NCBI GenBank assembly: GCA_002104905.1
Contig: MCFE01000074.1
Span: 62,001-126,000 of the forward strand
Direction of reading: 5' to 3'
DNA: 64,000 nt
Origin: Basidiobolus meristosporus CBS 931.73
Lineage: Eukaryota > Fungi > Basidiobolomycota
The notes below the pieces were generated by a model. The model saw only the letters and a list, made by a program, of their open reading frames with translations. It was not told where the DNA came from and ran no database searches. The position numbers and the translations under genes were made by a program. Below are positions 37,790-50,646 of the stretch, piece after piece. Within the stretch, counting starts at the first letter, position 1. Every line of letters begins with the position of its first letter.

Positions 37790-38330
37790 AAGTTTATTTT
37801 TGGGCACTGTTGCTGTACTTCAAAGACTGTACAGTGTACTTCAACTGCAACATTGGGAAATAGCTTACCTTTTTCTTATGACATGGAGCTTCTAAGATCC
37901 TTCTCTACAGAAAAGATAACTTATTATCTCTGCGTGATATTATCATGGTCATTTGCTGGTGTCCCACCAGAGGTATTTAATTTGATGCATTTGTATCTGC
38001 CCAAGCATTATGACCAGTAAGTAGCACTGCAGAGATTATAGGTTACCTAATTGACTGAGGGCTAACAAGTCTGTATTGATACCTCCAGTAGGCACACTTT
38101 ACACATTGTCTAACTTGGAAATGTGTTGAATATACACGTGCAAGTGGTGCCAGACCTTTTTTATGCTCCTCACTTTAGTGTGTCATTGCTGATTCTCACG
38201 TTTATTCAGGTGCAATGTCTCAAATATAGAAGAGAACTTAGATTACCAGAAAAAAAGGTCAAGAGCCTTGAAGTCCACCTGCCTGAGTGCTGTAGACAAA
38301 TTGCTATAATAAATTTCCAGCGCAGAATGT
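37790..38330 (-). pseudogene. Diverged remnant of the EnSpm accessory ORF region
   Basis: Patchy similarity to 10960-11700 and to the reverse complement of 53200-53850. Confidence 0.5.
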
Positions 38331-38705
38331 GCAAATTACACTTAGAAGTCAATATGAGATACCTGCTAGTCATGTTCAGATGCTAATAAAATGCATCTTA
38401 GATAAAAGCATCCTACAACAATGCTGCAAGGAGAAAATAAGATTATCCATCTGACAGAATCACTCTGTTGTATGATGTGTTAGAGTACTGGGTATGCAAA
38501 CCTCTGACACAGATGTGATGCATGCTGCAAAAGTAAATGGTGACATTGCCAACAATTTAGCAGACAAATTTACCTTGTGGTGTTCACTTGGTGCTTCATT
38601 GAATATAAAGTAGTAATTATACCTTACATGGTCTTAGAAAAGCATACATGCAGAAAAGGTCAAAGTTTGAGGCTGTTTGGACAACTTACATGGTTTTGGT
38701 ACAAT

Positions 38706-39439
38706 AGACATGTTACATTGGATAGTGCCGCATTGAGCCATTAGTGCCAAATGATGCCATAGTGTGCCAGTGAGGCCAATAGAGCCTCTACTTGACCACA
38801 GAGTGTGAAACATAGCTCTTCATCTTCATGCAAAGCAGCCCCTGTATTTCTTGCATTGTATTGGATAAGATCCAATTTTTTGACCTATTTTTTTGGATCC
38901 ATGTTGTGTAGGATGCATAAGAGCTCAAAAGGATTGAAGACATGCATCTGGTACTCAATAAACATGGCACTCCAAATCTAACTCCAATGGCCTGTATCAT
39001 GTCACAAAAATGCTTGGCATTATCTTGGTTCACTGGTATTATCTGGCACTATAAGTGCTTTGTATGAGTTTTACTTTATAGTTAATTATTGAATATATTG
39101 TTAGTTAGTACCAGTGGACCAAGATAGTGCCATGCATCTTTGCAACATGCTAAAAGCCACAGCAGCTGAATTCAGAGTGACATGGGAATTAAGTACCAGA
39201 TGCATGCCTTTAATCCTTTTGTGCACTTAAGCATCCTGCACAACATTTATCCCAAAAATAGGTCAAAAAATGGATTTTCTCTAGCATGATGGGTGAAACA
39301 CAGGCTCTGCTTGGTATGAAGATGCAGAGCTATGCTTCACACTCTGTGTCCAAGTTTAGGTCTGTTATGCCACTCTGGCACACAATGGACCTGTTTGGCT
39401 CTCATGGCTTAATGGGGCACTATTCACCAGAACAAGTCT
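38706..39439. mobile_element. Fold-back MITE copy 1 (734 bp), TSD AAT, inside a decayed copia LTR
   Basis: AGACATGTTACATTGGA...GAACAAGTCT ends, AAT on both flanks, long imperfect palindrome. It is the reverse-complement homologue of 55571-56305. Confidence 0.85.
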
Positions 39440-39859
39440 AATGAACATGACCACTAGGTTTAGTTCATAAGCACATATATGCAAAGCTTGGGGCTGTAAC
39501 AAAAACTCTGAGAATATTCATATTCTAGATGCTTGATAGCTGCGTGAGGAAATTTCAAATATATCTCAACAGGAAATTTGATTGGCATTCATCAAGATTT
39601 GTATGCAATGATTAAAGTGACCAAGTTAGGTCATTATCTCACTAGAATTATGGACTTTTGCAACAAAAGTTACCCTCCTCACTTGCCAAAAGTACAGGGA
39701 TAATGGTTTGCCACTTGTATGCTTAAATTGCGTCAGCTTTTAGTTAAATCAATTAGTTTTATGTCTAGCCTATCTGTATATCAGTATTATCTGCCACATT
39801 TGTACTATTAGTCAGCAGATGAATCAGCAGATGACTCAGCAGATCCTTATCAGGTAGAA

Positions 39860-40690
39860 ACAGGTACACTAAGTGAGATCAACCTATCAACCACAGCCTC
39901 CACATCTTCCATTGTTGACAGAGTGGAGATCCCACCAACAGACAAGGCTACAGTGTAAAGAACTTGAAAGACTATCACAATGCCTTCAATGGAGCTTTGA
40001 AACATTGATAGGCACAGCAAGAGGTTACAGCACTTCTTCAAGAGCAGTGCTCAAGAGAATGCACTTGAATACTGCATAAATTAATGCAAAGACTGGCAGA
40101 TTATGTGCTAGACCTTGCAGTGCTGGCCAAAGACCAGGGCATATGGGAGCCAGTGAATGAACAGCGGCATCAAGCCATAGGACTCTCACCATTGTAATGG
40201 AAACAGAGCATTATAGCATATATACTAATTGAGTGGTGGATTTTATTGGAGTTGCTTGTTGAGTGTGGGGTTAGGCTTGATGTTACTGTAGGATACAGAG
40301 ACTAATACAGGTTGATACAATTGGCAATTGAGATACAACTGAAGTCCCAATGGAAATAAATCAATTAGTATGCAGGAAAAGTAAGGGAAATGGATGGGTC
40401 AGCAAGTAAAGAGTGAGAAACAGAGGCAATAGCTAATCAATGCATACAAGCATAGGAGGTGATAGAGTGTCTGGGATCAGAAAGTGTGCAAATTGGCACA
40501 GAGCCAATCAAAGGCAACATTTGTATTGTTGTGACAAAATATTTTGACCAGGTGCTTTGTGAAACATGAGTTGCAATTATTTTTCAACAGTCTTTACACA
40601 TTGTCCTGATGGGACCAATAACTCTGAGTCATTGGACTTTACATTTGTGGCAGCCTTTAGATGGGATCATCACCATAACATCTCATAGGG
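39860..40690 (+). mobile_element. EnSpm/CACTA-like right-end fragment ending CATAGGG
   Basis: Homologous to 54800-55349 plus 56461-56711. Gypsy RT sequence begins immediately after 40690. Confidence 0.7.
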
Positions 40691-41209
40691 AAGATATCCT
40701 CAAAGCAGTATTAAGGACTAGATATGGACATAGTGAGTACTTAGTCAGAGGTTGTGGCTTCACCAATGCTCCAGTGTTGTTCATAACTTTGATTACAACT
40801 GTTTTTCAGCAGTACTTGAACAGGTTTGTGGCTAAGTCTGCAATGATATGTTGATATATAGTAACACAGAAGAGGTCCACTTGGTGCATATTAATAATGT
40901 TCTGAAGAAGCTAGGGGAGAAGCTGTATGGCAAGCCAGCAAAGTGTAGGTTCTTCAGCAAGCATCTTGAATATCTGAGACACCTAGTCACTAGTACAAGA
41001 GAGGTCTCAGACCCCCAGAAAGTGGAGGTTATCAGGAATCCAAAGCAGCCCCATTGCATCTCAAAGCTTGGATCATTTCTTGGAATGGTTTCCTATTATT
41101 AGAGACTTGTCAAGTGCTTAGCAAGTATTGCAGCCCCATTGATTGATATCTTCATAAACAGCAACACTTTGAGGTGGGATGTAGCCTGTGAGAACTGCAT
41201 CTCAGATGC
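40691..41209 (+). pseudogene. Decayed RT fragment of a G2-like gypsy element
   Basis: Similar to 25900-26410 ([28 protein letters not shown]). Confidence 0.85.
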
Positions 41210-42072
41210 TGTGGTGGTTTATAAGTCTAAGGGAGAAATATGTCCGACACTTCTTAGGTTCTATGTGCATGCAGTGCTCGCTGGGTGCAATAATCTCTGC
41301 CAAAAGCTTGCTAGGAATACGTAAGTTTTGTCTCTACTCCAATGTGAAGGGAACAATGCCATAAGCTTGGTAAGGGAAAACTATTGAGCTGCAATCCTCA
41401 ATTTAGTTGGTGTCTTAACAAAAGTATGTGCTGGGACAAATGTGCTTTGAGATGATTATGTACTAAAGCCTCCAAGCTCCAAACTACTGTAAACTTCAGC
41501 AACCAATCAGGGATTGATATTCTGAGATTTGTAAAGCACAGGGATGCCATTAATGGAATGAAAATGGTAGGAATTATGACTTTGTAGTGGGGTCATAGTG
41601 ACACCCACTGACAGATGTGCTCATTCCCATATGTTATACTTCCCTCTATTACACAGGTTTCATAATACTGATTCCTGAATGGTTGAATGTGCCATGCCTA
41701 TTAGAACCTTCCAGCACCTACTCAGAATACTCTTGGCTCATTCAGATATCATTAAGATTTCCGTTAATCCCTGGAACCTTCTGGAACACCATGATCAATT
41801 ATCACTTAGCCAGTGAGAAAAGTATATAAGGGAGGCTATCCCTCAACAATAAATCATCATCCTTGTTATCAATATACCAACTTGTTGATTAATGTAATCA
41901 CTGCTACCTGCTACTACCTGAACTTCTAACCCCAGCCTACAGAATACTCCCAGGAAACCATGCTGACAGCCAACTGACCTTGGAGGCACTACTTATGAGG
42001 AATACTCAGAGTAGGTATCTTTTATTATATTTGATTCTTTCCCAAGTTTGTTCTTGTACAGGCAAAGATACT
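41210..42072. mobile_element. Two pieces of a family C LTR in opposite orientations (41210-41519 minus; 41583-42072 plus)
   Basis: The first piece is the reverse complement of about 4660-4970. The second matches 3900-4625 with an internal deletion. Confidence 0.8.
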
Positions 42073-43105
42073 CTTCTTTGACTTCAATTCCTGAAAAGCT
42101 GCAAATTTTTAAGATTTTTCTTGCCAAATTTGCTGAAGAGATATAATTTTGTCTGATTAAGTGCCTTCAGGTCAGTTTTAGCTATCTTTGGGTTATCCAC
42201 ATAAAGAACTAGGATAATAATGCCTTTTTCAATCTGTTTCATTTATATTCTATGATCTGCTGTGCTACAAATGAGTCTAATCTCCTCTAGATATGCGTGA
42301 ATCTTGTTGTACCATGCTCTAGGTGCCTGCTTAAGCCCATACAAGCATTTCCACAGTCTGCACACCCTATGAAGGTCTTTTGAGTTGATGAAACCTTCTG
42401 GTTGCTCCATTTACAGTTTCTTGTAGATTGACATTTAGAAAGGCTGTTTTGACAGTCATTTAGTGTAGGTATAGATTGTGTACAGCTGACAAGGCTAGAA
42501 CCATCCAATTAGAGTAAAACTTGGCAAGCAGGGTAAATATTTCCTTGAGGTCTAGTTCCTGGATTGGATTATAGCCTGTGGTCACCTGTCTAGCCTTGTA
42601 ATTGTCAATGGTACCATTTGGGGTTATCTTGATTGTACAGATCCATCTGCATCCTATTGGCTTTCTCCAGTTTGGTATATCTGTCAGTTTTGATGTTTTA
42701 GCCTTCATCAGTGATTGGTACTCCTCCTGCATGGCTTGTTGCCACATTTTTGCATCTGTACTCTTGCCTGTTCCAGATTCTGAGGTTTGGCACATAAGGC
42801 AAGTTAAGCTTCTTCATGATTATTTGATGTCTGCCACAAGGATCAATGGGCATTTCTTATTGTGGTAGATCTCTTAACTGGGGTAATCTGCTCTAATCAG
42901 GAACTGGTAGATTTATCTCCTGTATCTGGCTGAATTAGGTATGTATCTTCTGCATTAGTGTTGGTTGTATCATCAGGAAGCTGGTAAGTGGTTTCAGTGG
43001 CTTTTGGTCTGAATTCTCCTCTGCTCTTGACCAGCTTCTGAACTCTGCTATTATGCACTTTATAGCCTTCAGTGTCCTCACAATACCCAAGAAAGATCTC
43101 TTTTC

Positions 43106-46100
43106 TGTTGCAATTTAAGAAGTGATTTGGATATAAGGAACTTATCAAGAAATAGTGATAATAGTTGAACTGTTGTTTATTCATAAAGAAGCTCAGTATT
43201 TATACCCTTGTAGAAGTAATACAGCTGCAACACTAAGTAGGGAGGGTTTCTCAATATTCAGGAGCATTCTGTAACAGTTTCAGGGTTAATACATAATGAT
43301 TGGTAATAGTGCTAATTTGATCCTGACTATAGGGGAATAATCATAAGATCATATATCTGGAGAAAGTGGCAAAGTTAAAGCCGTAAATGAGTCCTACAGT
43401 GACTAAGACTAGCCTAGAATTGTTAAGTAAATTTTTAGCTGCTGAATGATACCAAATAGTCCAATATTTCAACACTCCCCCTCAACTAAATAATTTCTTA
43501 ATCCCAATTTCTCTCTAAGGATCTCAAACTGTGGCCTAGCTAGTGGTTTTGTCAATATGTCTGCCACCATTTTGTCAGTGGGGCAGTAAACCAGCTCTAC
43601 TAAGTTACTTTCTACAGCTTCCCTCACAAAGTGATGCTGTATATCAATGTGCTTGGTTCTGGCATGATTAGTAGGATTTCTAGCTAATGAAATACAACTT
43701 TGATTATCCTTGTAAATACATGTTGGTTCACCTGAATTAAAACCCAAGTCTTTGAATAATTTTTGTAGCCATATAGCCTCCTTAGTTGCTTGACATGCAG
43801 CCATATATTTGGCTTCAGTTGTAGATAGTGCCACAGTTGGTTGTTTCTTGCAATTCCAAGTAATAGCTGCACCAGCATAAAGAAATACATAGCCTGTGGT
43901 AGAGCGTCTGTCAATCAGATCTCCACCCCAATCTGAATCACTATAACCATCAAATTTTTGCCTGTTAGCTGCTCCAGAGTATTCCAGTACCATATTTATG
44001 GTACCTTGTAGATATCTGAAAATCCGCTTAACTGCTGCAATTTGATCTGATCCATAATTCTGCATGAATTGACTGACTATTCCAACTGCTACTGCAATAT
44101 CTGGACGTGTAGACACCATCAAGTACATTAGGCTACCAACCATTGATTGATAGGGAAAGTTTTGGTCCATATTTGAGTCGTTTTCATCTATAACTGGCTG
44201 AGATTTGCTTAATTTCAAGTTATTGTCCATAGGGGTTGCTGCAGGCTTGCAATTTTCCATTTTGAGGCGTCTCAGAATGTCCCTGATGTACTTAGACTGA
44301 TTCAGCACAATTTTCTGCATAGGTATGTCAAATTTGACCTCAATTCCAAGAAAATAGCTCAATTTTCCAAGATCTTTCATCTCAAACTTGCTGAAGAGAT
44401 CTGATTTTGTCTGTTTAAGTGCCTCTTGATCACTTGTAGCTATAATTAGGTCGTCCACATAAAGAACTAGGATGATCACACCCTTTTTGAGCTGTTTCAC
44501 ATATATACTGTGATCTGCAGTGCTACAAGAGAACCCAATTTTCTCTAGATATGTGTCAATCTTGTTATACCATGCTCTGGGTGCCTGCTTAAGCCCATAC
44601 AACAATTTTCTAAGTTTGCACACCTTATGGGGGCTTTTTGGATCGGTAAAACCTTCTGGTTGCTCCATATATATAGTTTCTTGCAAATCCCCATTTAGAA
44701 AGGCTGTTTTGACGTCCATTTGGTGTAGATCTAGACTGTGTACAGCTGCCAGGGCTAGAACTGTCCTAATAGAGTTAAACTTGGCAACCGGAGCAAATGT
44801 TTCCTCAAAGTCTAGTCCCTGGATCTGGGAATAGCCTTTAGCTACCAATCTAGCCTTGTACTTATCAACGGCACCATTTGAGGTTATCTTGATCTTGTGG
44901 ACCCATCTACATCCTATTGGCTTTCTCCCATTTGGTAAATCTACCAGTTCCCACGTTTTTGCCTTGATCAGTGATTGGTACTCCTCCTGCATGGCTTGTT
45001 GCCACTTAGTAGCATCTGGACCTTGCATTGCCTGTTCCAGATTCTGAGGTTTGGCACATAAGGCAAGATAAGCTTCTTCATGATCATTGGATGTCTGCCA
45101 CCAGGATCCAGGGGCATTTCTTATTCTGGTAGATCTCCTAACTGGGATAATCTGTTCTGAACTGGAACTGGTAGAAGTATCTTCCATCTCTGGCTGGATT
45201 TGGTACGTATCTTCTTCATCTGTGTTGATTGCATCATCAGGCAGCTGGCCAATGATTTCTGTGGCTTTCTGATCTGAATTCTCCTCAAATACAACGTCCC
45301 TGCTCTTGATCAGCTTCTGAATTTTGCCATCATACACTCTATACCCTTTAGCATCTTCACAATACCCAAGAAAGATCCCTTTTCTACTCTTTGGTTCCAA
45401 CTTTGAGCGTTTTTTGTCAGGGATGTGATAAAAAACATCACTGCCAAAGATCCTGAGGTGCTGGAGATCTGGTTTTTTGCCTGTATATGCTTCAAAGGGT
45501 GTAGAATCATGTAGTGCTGTTGTTGGGCATCTGTTCTTGATGTATACAGCGGTAGCAACAGATTCAGCCCAAAACTTGTAGTCCATTCCCTTTTCATGTA
45601 GCATAGATCTTCCCATCTCTACTATTGTTCTATTTGCACGTTCTGCTACTCCATTTTGCTGTGGAGTATGAGGAACTGTGGTCTGTTGAAGTATACCAGT
45701 AGACAAGCAGTATTTTGCAAACTCCTTTGAGTAGTATTCTCCTCCATTGTCACTTCGTAGTACCTTCAATTTACACCCAGTTTGTGTTTCTGCCATGTTC
45801 TTGAAGTGCTTAAACATCTCTAAAGCTTCATCCTTTGTTTTGAGGAAGTACATCCATGTATATCTTGTCTTGTCATCAATAAACGTCATAAAGTATCTCT
45901 TGGCTCCAAAGGACAGTGTTCTCATGGGGCCACATATGTCTGAGTGTACAATAGCCAATATTTTGGTGGTATTGATGCCTTCTGAGCTCTTGAAACGTCG
46001 CCTAGCTTGTTTGCCATATGAACATCCCTTACAAACATTCAATTTGATTGGAATTGAGTATTTTAGGCCCAAAACAAGCTGATTTTTCACCAATTGGCTC

Positions 46101-47792
46101 ATTTTCTGTTCCCCTATGTGTCCTAGCCTCCTATGCCACGTCTCCCAGTTGGTTTCATCAGTTTCAGCAATGTTGACATACTCAGGTACAATGATCTTGC
46201 ATTGTGACTTGTATATATTGTGATCTCTGATTCCCGAAGCTAATTTTTGTCCATTTTCACTCAATATTGAGCAGCTCAGCTTAGTAAAAACAAATTTCAA
46301 TCCCTGAGTAGTTGCTTTACTGACTGAGAGTAGGTTCTCAGCTATTCCAGGTACATAGAGTACGTCAGTCAGTTTTGCTGTTGTTGCCCCTGAGTTATCA
46401 CTCATATTTAGTTGTATAGACCCACTAGCGGTAGCTTCCAATGCAGAGTTATCTCCCAGATGAACCTTTCTTACGGGAATAGTCTTTAAGTTGCTGAACC
46501 AATCCTTTATACCACAAATATGCTGTGATGCTCCAGAGTCAATATACCATTCATTACTTTGGTTACTTGCACTCTCTTGTACAGTGACAAATAACTGTTC
46601 ATCAGTAGTTATATGGTTTGCCTGCTCTAGTTTCTGTTTTTTGTCTGCTTGTTTCTTCTTGCATTCTCTTGCCCAGTGTCCTGGCTTCTTACAGTAGTTA
46701 CAGCAGCCAGGTTTTCTTCGGTTTTGTTGCTTTCCCTTCTTTTCTGTATGCCTTTCTGAACTGAATAAAGCATTATCTTCAATTTTCTCTTCTTTGATCA
46801 TTATGTCTGAGTTCTTCATGGAGAAGTCTTCCTTTGACATAGTCTAAAGTCAAGTTGTCTTCTCTGCTTTCAAAAGAAAGTATGAGTGGCTCATACTTGT
46901 CTGGTAGGCTGCAAAGCAGACAGAGTATCTTTTCTTCATCATCTACACCAGCATTAATACTGTAAAGTTCTTCTGCAAGTGTCTCCATTCTGGTAATGAG
47001 TTGTAGCATGTCATCATCTGGCTTTTTTCTCATGTTGAAGAACTTTTGTTTCAAATAAAGCTTGCTTGATACTGACTTTGCTCTAAAGATCTTCTCTAAG
47101 GATTCCTATGCTGCTTTGGCAGTATTTGAGGCATGGATTTGTCCAATGAAGGAGTCTTGCACATTGATGCATATTGCATTGAAGGCCTTTCTCTCCTTCT
47201 CTTGAAACTTCTCCACATCTTCTGCTGTTCCTTTGGGCTCAACTTCCTTTCCTGTTACTATGTTCCAAAGCTTTCTTTCCTCAAGGTGGATCTGCATCTT
47301 GATTCTCCAAAGTCTGTAGTTCTTCCCATCAAACCTCTCCTTTACAGGGAAGATGTTGGTATTGCTTTGTTTGCTGGTAGAAGTCATCTTTAGAATAGAT
47401 TAAGGCAATCGGGGCTCATAACCTGTTGCAATTTAAGAAGTGATTTGGATATAAGGAACTTATCAAGAAATAGTGATGATAGTTGAACTGTTGTTTATTC
47501 ATAAAGAAGCTCAGTATTTATACCTTTGTAGAAGTAATACAGCTGCAACACTAAGTAGGGAGGGTTTCTCAATATTCAGGATCATTCTGTAACAGTTTCA
47601 GGGTTAGTACATGATGTTTGGTAATAGTGCTAATTTGATCCTGACTATAGGGGAATAATCATAAGATCATATATCTGGAGAAAGTGGCAAAGTTAAGGCC
47701 GTAAATGAGTCCTACAGTGACTAAGACTAGCCTAGAATTGATAAGTAAATTTTTAGCTGCTGAATGATACCAAATAGTCCAATATTTCAACA
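43106..47792 (-). mobile_element. Full-length Ty1/copia family B element (4687 bp), TSD TTTTC
   Basis: LTRs 43106-43474 and 47424-47792 (369 bp, about 8 differences). PBS 47412-47423; PPT 43475-43484; TTTTC at 43101-43105 and 47793-47797. Confidence 0.96.
43469..47387 (-). pseudogene. Copia B gag-pol: one TAG (47106-47108) and one frameshift (about 46790), then 1123 open codons through knuckle, PR, IN, RT and RH
   Basis: NYRLWRIKM; CNYCKKPGHWAREC; IDSGAS; HSDICGP, RSDNGGEY; [16 protein letters not shown]; ADILTK. The final stop is supplied by the TGTTGA start of the 3' LTR. Confidence 0.93.
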
Positions 47793-48248
47793 TTTTCTAC
47801 ACTTTGGCTCTAACATTGAGCATTTTTTGTCAGGGATGTGATAAAAAACATCACTGCCAAAGACTCTGAGGTGCTGGAGGCCTGGTTTTTTGCCTATATA
47901 CTCATCAAAGGGTATAGAGGTACATAGTGCTATTGTTGGGCATCTATTCTTGATGAATATCATGGTAGCAACAAATTCAGCCCAAAAGTTGTAGTCTATT
48001 CCCTTATGTTGTAGCATAGATCTTTTCATCTGCATTACTAATCAATTTGGACATTCTGCTACTCCAGTATGCTCTAAAGTATGCCAAACTTTGGTCAGTT
48101 GAAGTTTACTAGAACATGATCAGTATATTGCAAGCTTCTTTGAGCAGTATTCCCCCCTATTGTGACTCTTAAGTACCATCAATTTGCACCCAGTTTGAGT
48201 TTTTGCCATGTTCTTGAAGTGCTTAAGCATCTCCAAAACCTAATCCTT

Positions 48249-49147
48249 TGTTATGATCTTCCACTTGAATGTTTAAGTTAGATCAGTTTTTAGTCAAATC
48301 AATTAGTTATATATTTAGGTTATCTGTATATCAGTGTTATCTATCAAATCAGTAGCATTAGTCAGGAAATGAATCAGCAGATTCTTATCAGACAGAAATA
48401 GATATATCAAGTAGGATCTTATTGGGTGATGATGATGCAATCAAATGAGTCATCAGCCACAGCTAACATTAGGAAATACAATTAGTTGGCAATTGATCTG
48501 GCAAAATATATATAAGGAGCTGCTGTAACCTCAATAAAGATCAGTTCAAGTTTTAGTGAATACAAAACTAGCTAAACACCCTATTCCTCTACAACTCTTA
48601 TACCAAGACTTGTAACATTGGTAGCAGCAATAACCAGAAACATCCCTCCTGAAGAAAGAAGAAGCCTCCCTCAAGATTTCCAAAAAGCAAGAATGGAGGA
48701 ATGCTATGCAACAAATCCTGGCCCGGCAGCAACAGTTACTGCAGATCCTTAGCCGGCAGCAACAAGGAATGGCTACCATGGCGCAAAGTAAGTAAAACCC
48801 TGTCAAGAGCAACTTTAGTGTGAAGATTAACTGGTACCATGGTAGAGTCAATGAAAGCCTGGGAACTTGGCTCTTCCAGATTGAAGATGCTTTCAAGGCT
48901 AAGGGAATTGCTCCAGAAAGCAAGTTACATTATACAGCCTCTTACCTGGCAGATGCAGCTTTACAGTGGTACCACAACAAGATCTGGTCAGCCACCTTGA
49001 TGGGATGCTCTACAATCTCTACCTGGGATGAGCTTGTGTTGGAAATCCAGGATGCCTTTGAGCCTCCACACCAACCAACACTACTAAGACAAAAGTTGAA
49101 GACCCTCAGACAGAAAGGAATGGTCCAAGAGTACATCTATGAATATG
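48249..49147 (+). mobile_element. Truncated older G2-family copy (LTR 48249-48617, PBS, partial gag)
   Basis: Homologous to 23582-24478 with an in-frame stop in gag. Confidence 0.9.
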
Positions 49148-49305
49148 TGAACACCTTCCTGTTATGATAAGTGTTCTAACTAGATAAGGGCAGAGATAGG
49201 AGGGAGGGCATGTGGGGGAATCAAAGGGAGGATACTGGGGGACCTAGGGTAGGACTCTGGGAGAACTCTTGGGCAAAGAGTGAGTATTAAATTTAGTACT
49301 CACAC
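49148..49305 (-). mobile_element. Fragment of a family F LTR at the junction between gypsy gag and PHIS copy 3
   Basis: Reverse complement of 55349-55457 with an additional purine-rich segment. Confidence 0.7.
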
Positions 49306-50646
49306 AGCACATGTCAGTAAAATATACCAATACCCCTCAAAAGAGCACCATGCATCAAATCAATGCATGTCAGATCAATGCCCATGCCTCAGAGCAAGAC
49401 TACCAGAACTCACCAAACTGCTCATTTTGACACAAGTCCATCAGAGCAGGTCAAGTTGGATCAACATGCAACATCACATTGAGCTCAGCCAAGGGCTATG
49501 TCAATACATTAAGTTGGGCCTGCGCATGCCAGCACACCCAAGCATCAGCAAGTTACTTGTGGAGAACTGACTGACAATGACCCACATGAGGTGCCTGCAC
49601 AGCTGGAGCCTTTGGCAAGTCCATGAGTGCATCAGCATGTGACATTTCAGGCTGGCTCCATCATTTTGTCCAGAGCATTTCAGCATGGCCAAGCTCCAGC
49701 ATTGCACAAATCAGCTAGGAGGCAAAATACTGACTACATGCACACAAGTAGCTATGATTATAGTTAACAAGGAAGTAGTTCAGGTGTGAAAAGTGAATCA
49801 CCACCAAATGCTTCAGTAGTAATCCCTGTGAGAAAAAAAAACCTAGGAGAAGATGATACAACCGCATTGAATTGCTGCTATTTTTTGTGATCCAAACAAC
49901 GCATTTTTTTTTGCAATCCAATTGTTATCATTTGTCATGATCCAAATAATGTAATTTTTTGCAACCCAAATCAAGCCATTGCAAATATATGATCACCAAA
50001 TTTTTGTTTTAAGTTGCATCATGGTTGTCTTACATCTGAGACAGAGCCCCTATAATAAGCACCCTGCATATGTATACATCATTTGTAACACCAGGGCACC
50101 TATTGGATCTGGTTTGCACCTACACAACTTGTTTATGCTTGCTATAAAACCTTGCCCGATCACTGAGATCAGGGGTTTTCTTGCTCAATGGGCAAAATGG
50201 GATATTTGATGGCAAATCAGGTGGCTTGTGTATTAGTCAATTAGCAAACTGGGGGCTAAGAGCTTCACAATGCTATTAGACCAATCAACCATTGACATAC
50301 CATCCAATTGGAGCTATGGCAGCCAAAATGGTAAACATCGGTGTAGTTTATAGTGTGATACACATTTAATCCCACTCACATTCAAGAAACATATCCAAGT
50401 ACCATATTTTACCTACCACAATAATGGTATATGATTGTGCATGTGACACAAAAACTGTGAGTTGGTGCAATTGTTAGTGCCAGCCTCATTGTGTCAGAGT
50501 GTGCCATTGTGTGCAAGATTGTCCCACATAGTGCAAAATTGTTCAATAGCAATCTTGCTTTCTGGTAGCTACACAACCATGCCCAATTGTTCTTTGTAAC
50601 CATGGACTGTGCTTTGTGCCTTGGCACAGTACAATGAAACAAGTCT
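49306..50646 (-). mobile_element. PHIS DNA transposon copy 3, partial (3' half of ORF2 and right TIR)
   Basis: Collinear with about 14785-16063; ends CAATGAAACAAGTCT followed by ACT. Confidence 0.85.

Larger units (their letters stand above)
42120..48248 (-). mobile_element. Older decayed copia family B copy (pieces 42120-43105 and 47793-48248) hosting a younger B copy
   Basis: Both pieces align to the internal region of 43106-47792 and join across TSD TTTTC. Confidence 0.85.

Noticed and set aside
46770-46840. Programmed +1 frameshift between gag and pol in copia B
   Set aside because: The same copy has a TGG>TAG nonsense change upstream and diverged LTRs. I saw no Ty1-type slippery heptamer, and a 1-bp indel in a purine run is simpler. 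A second intact copy would be needed.
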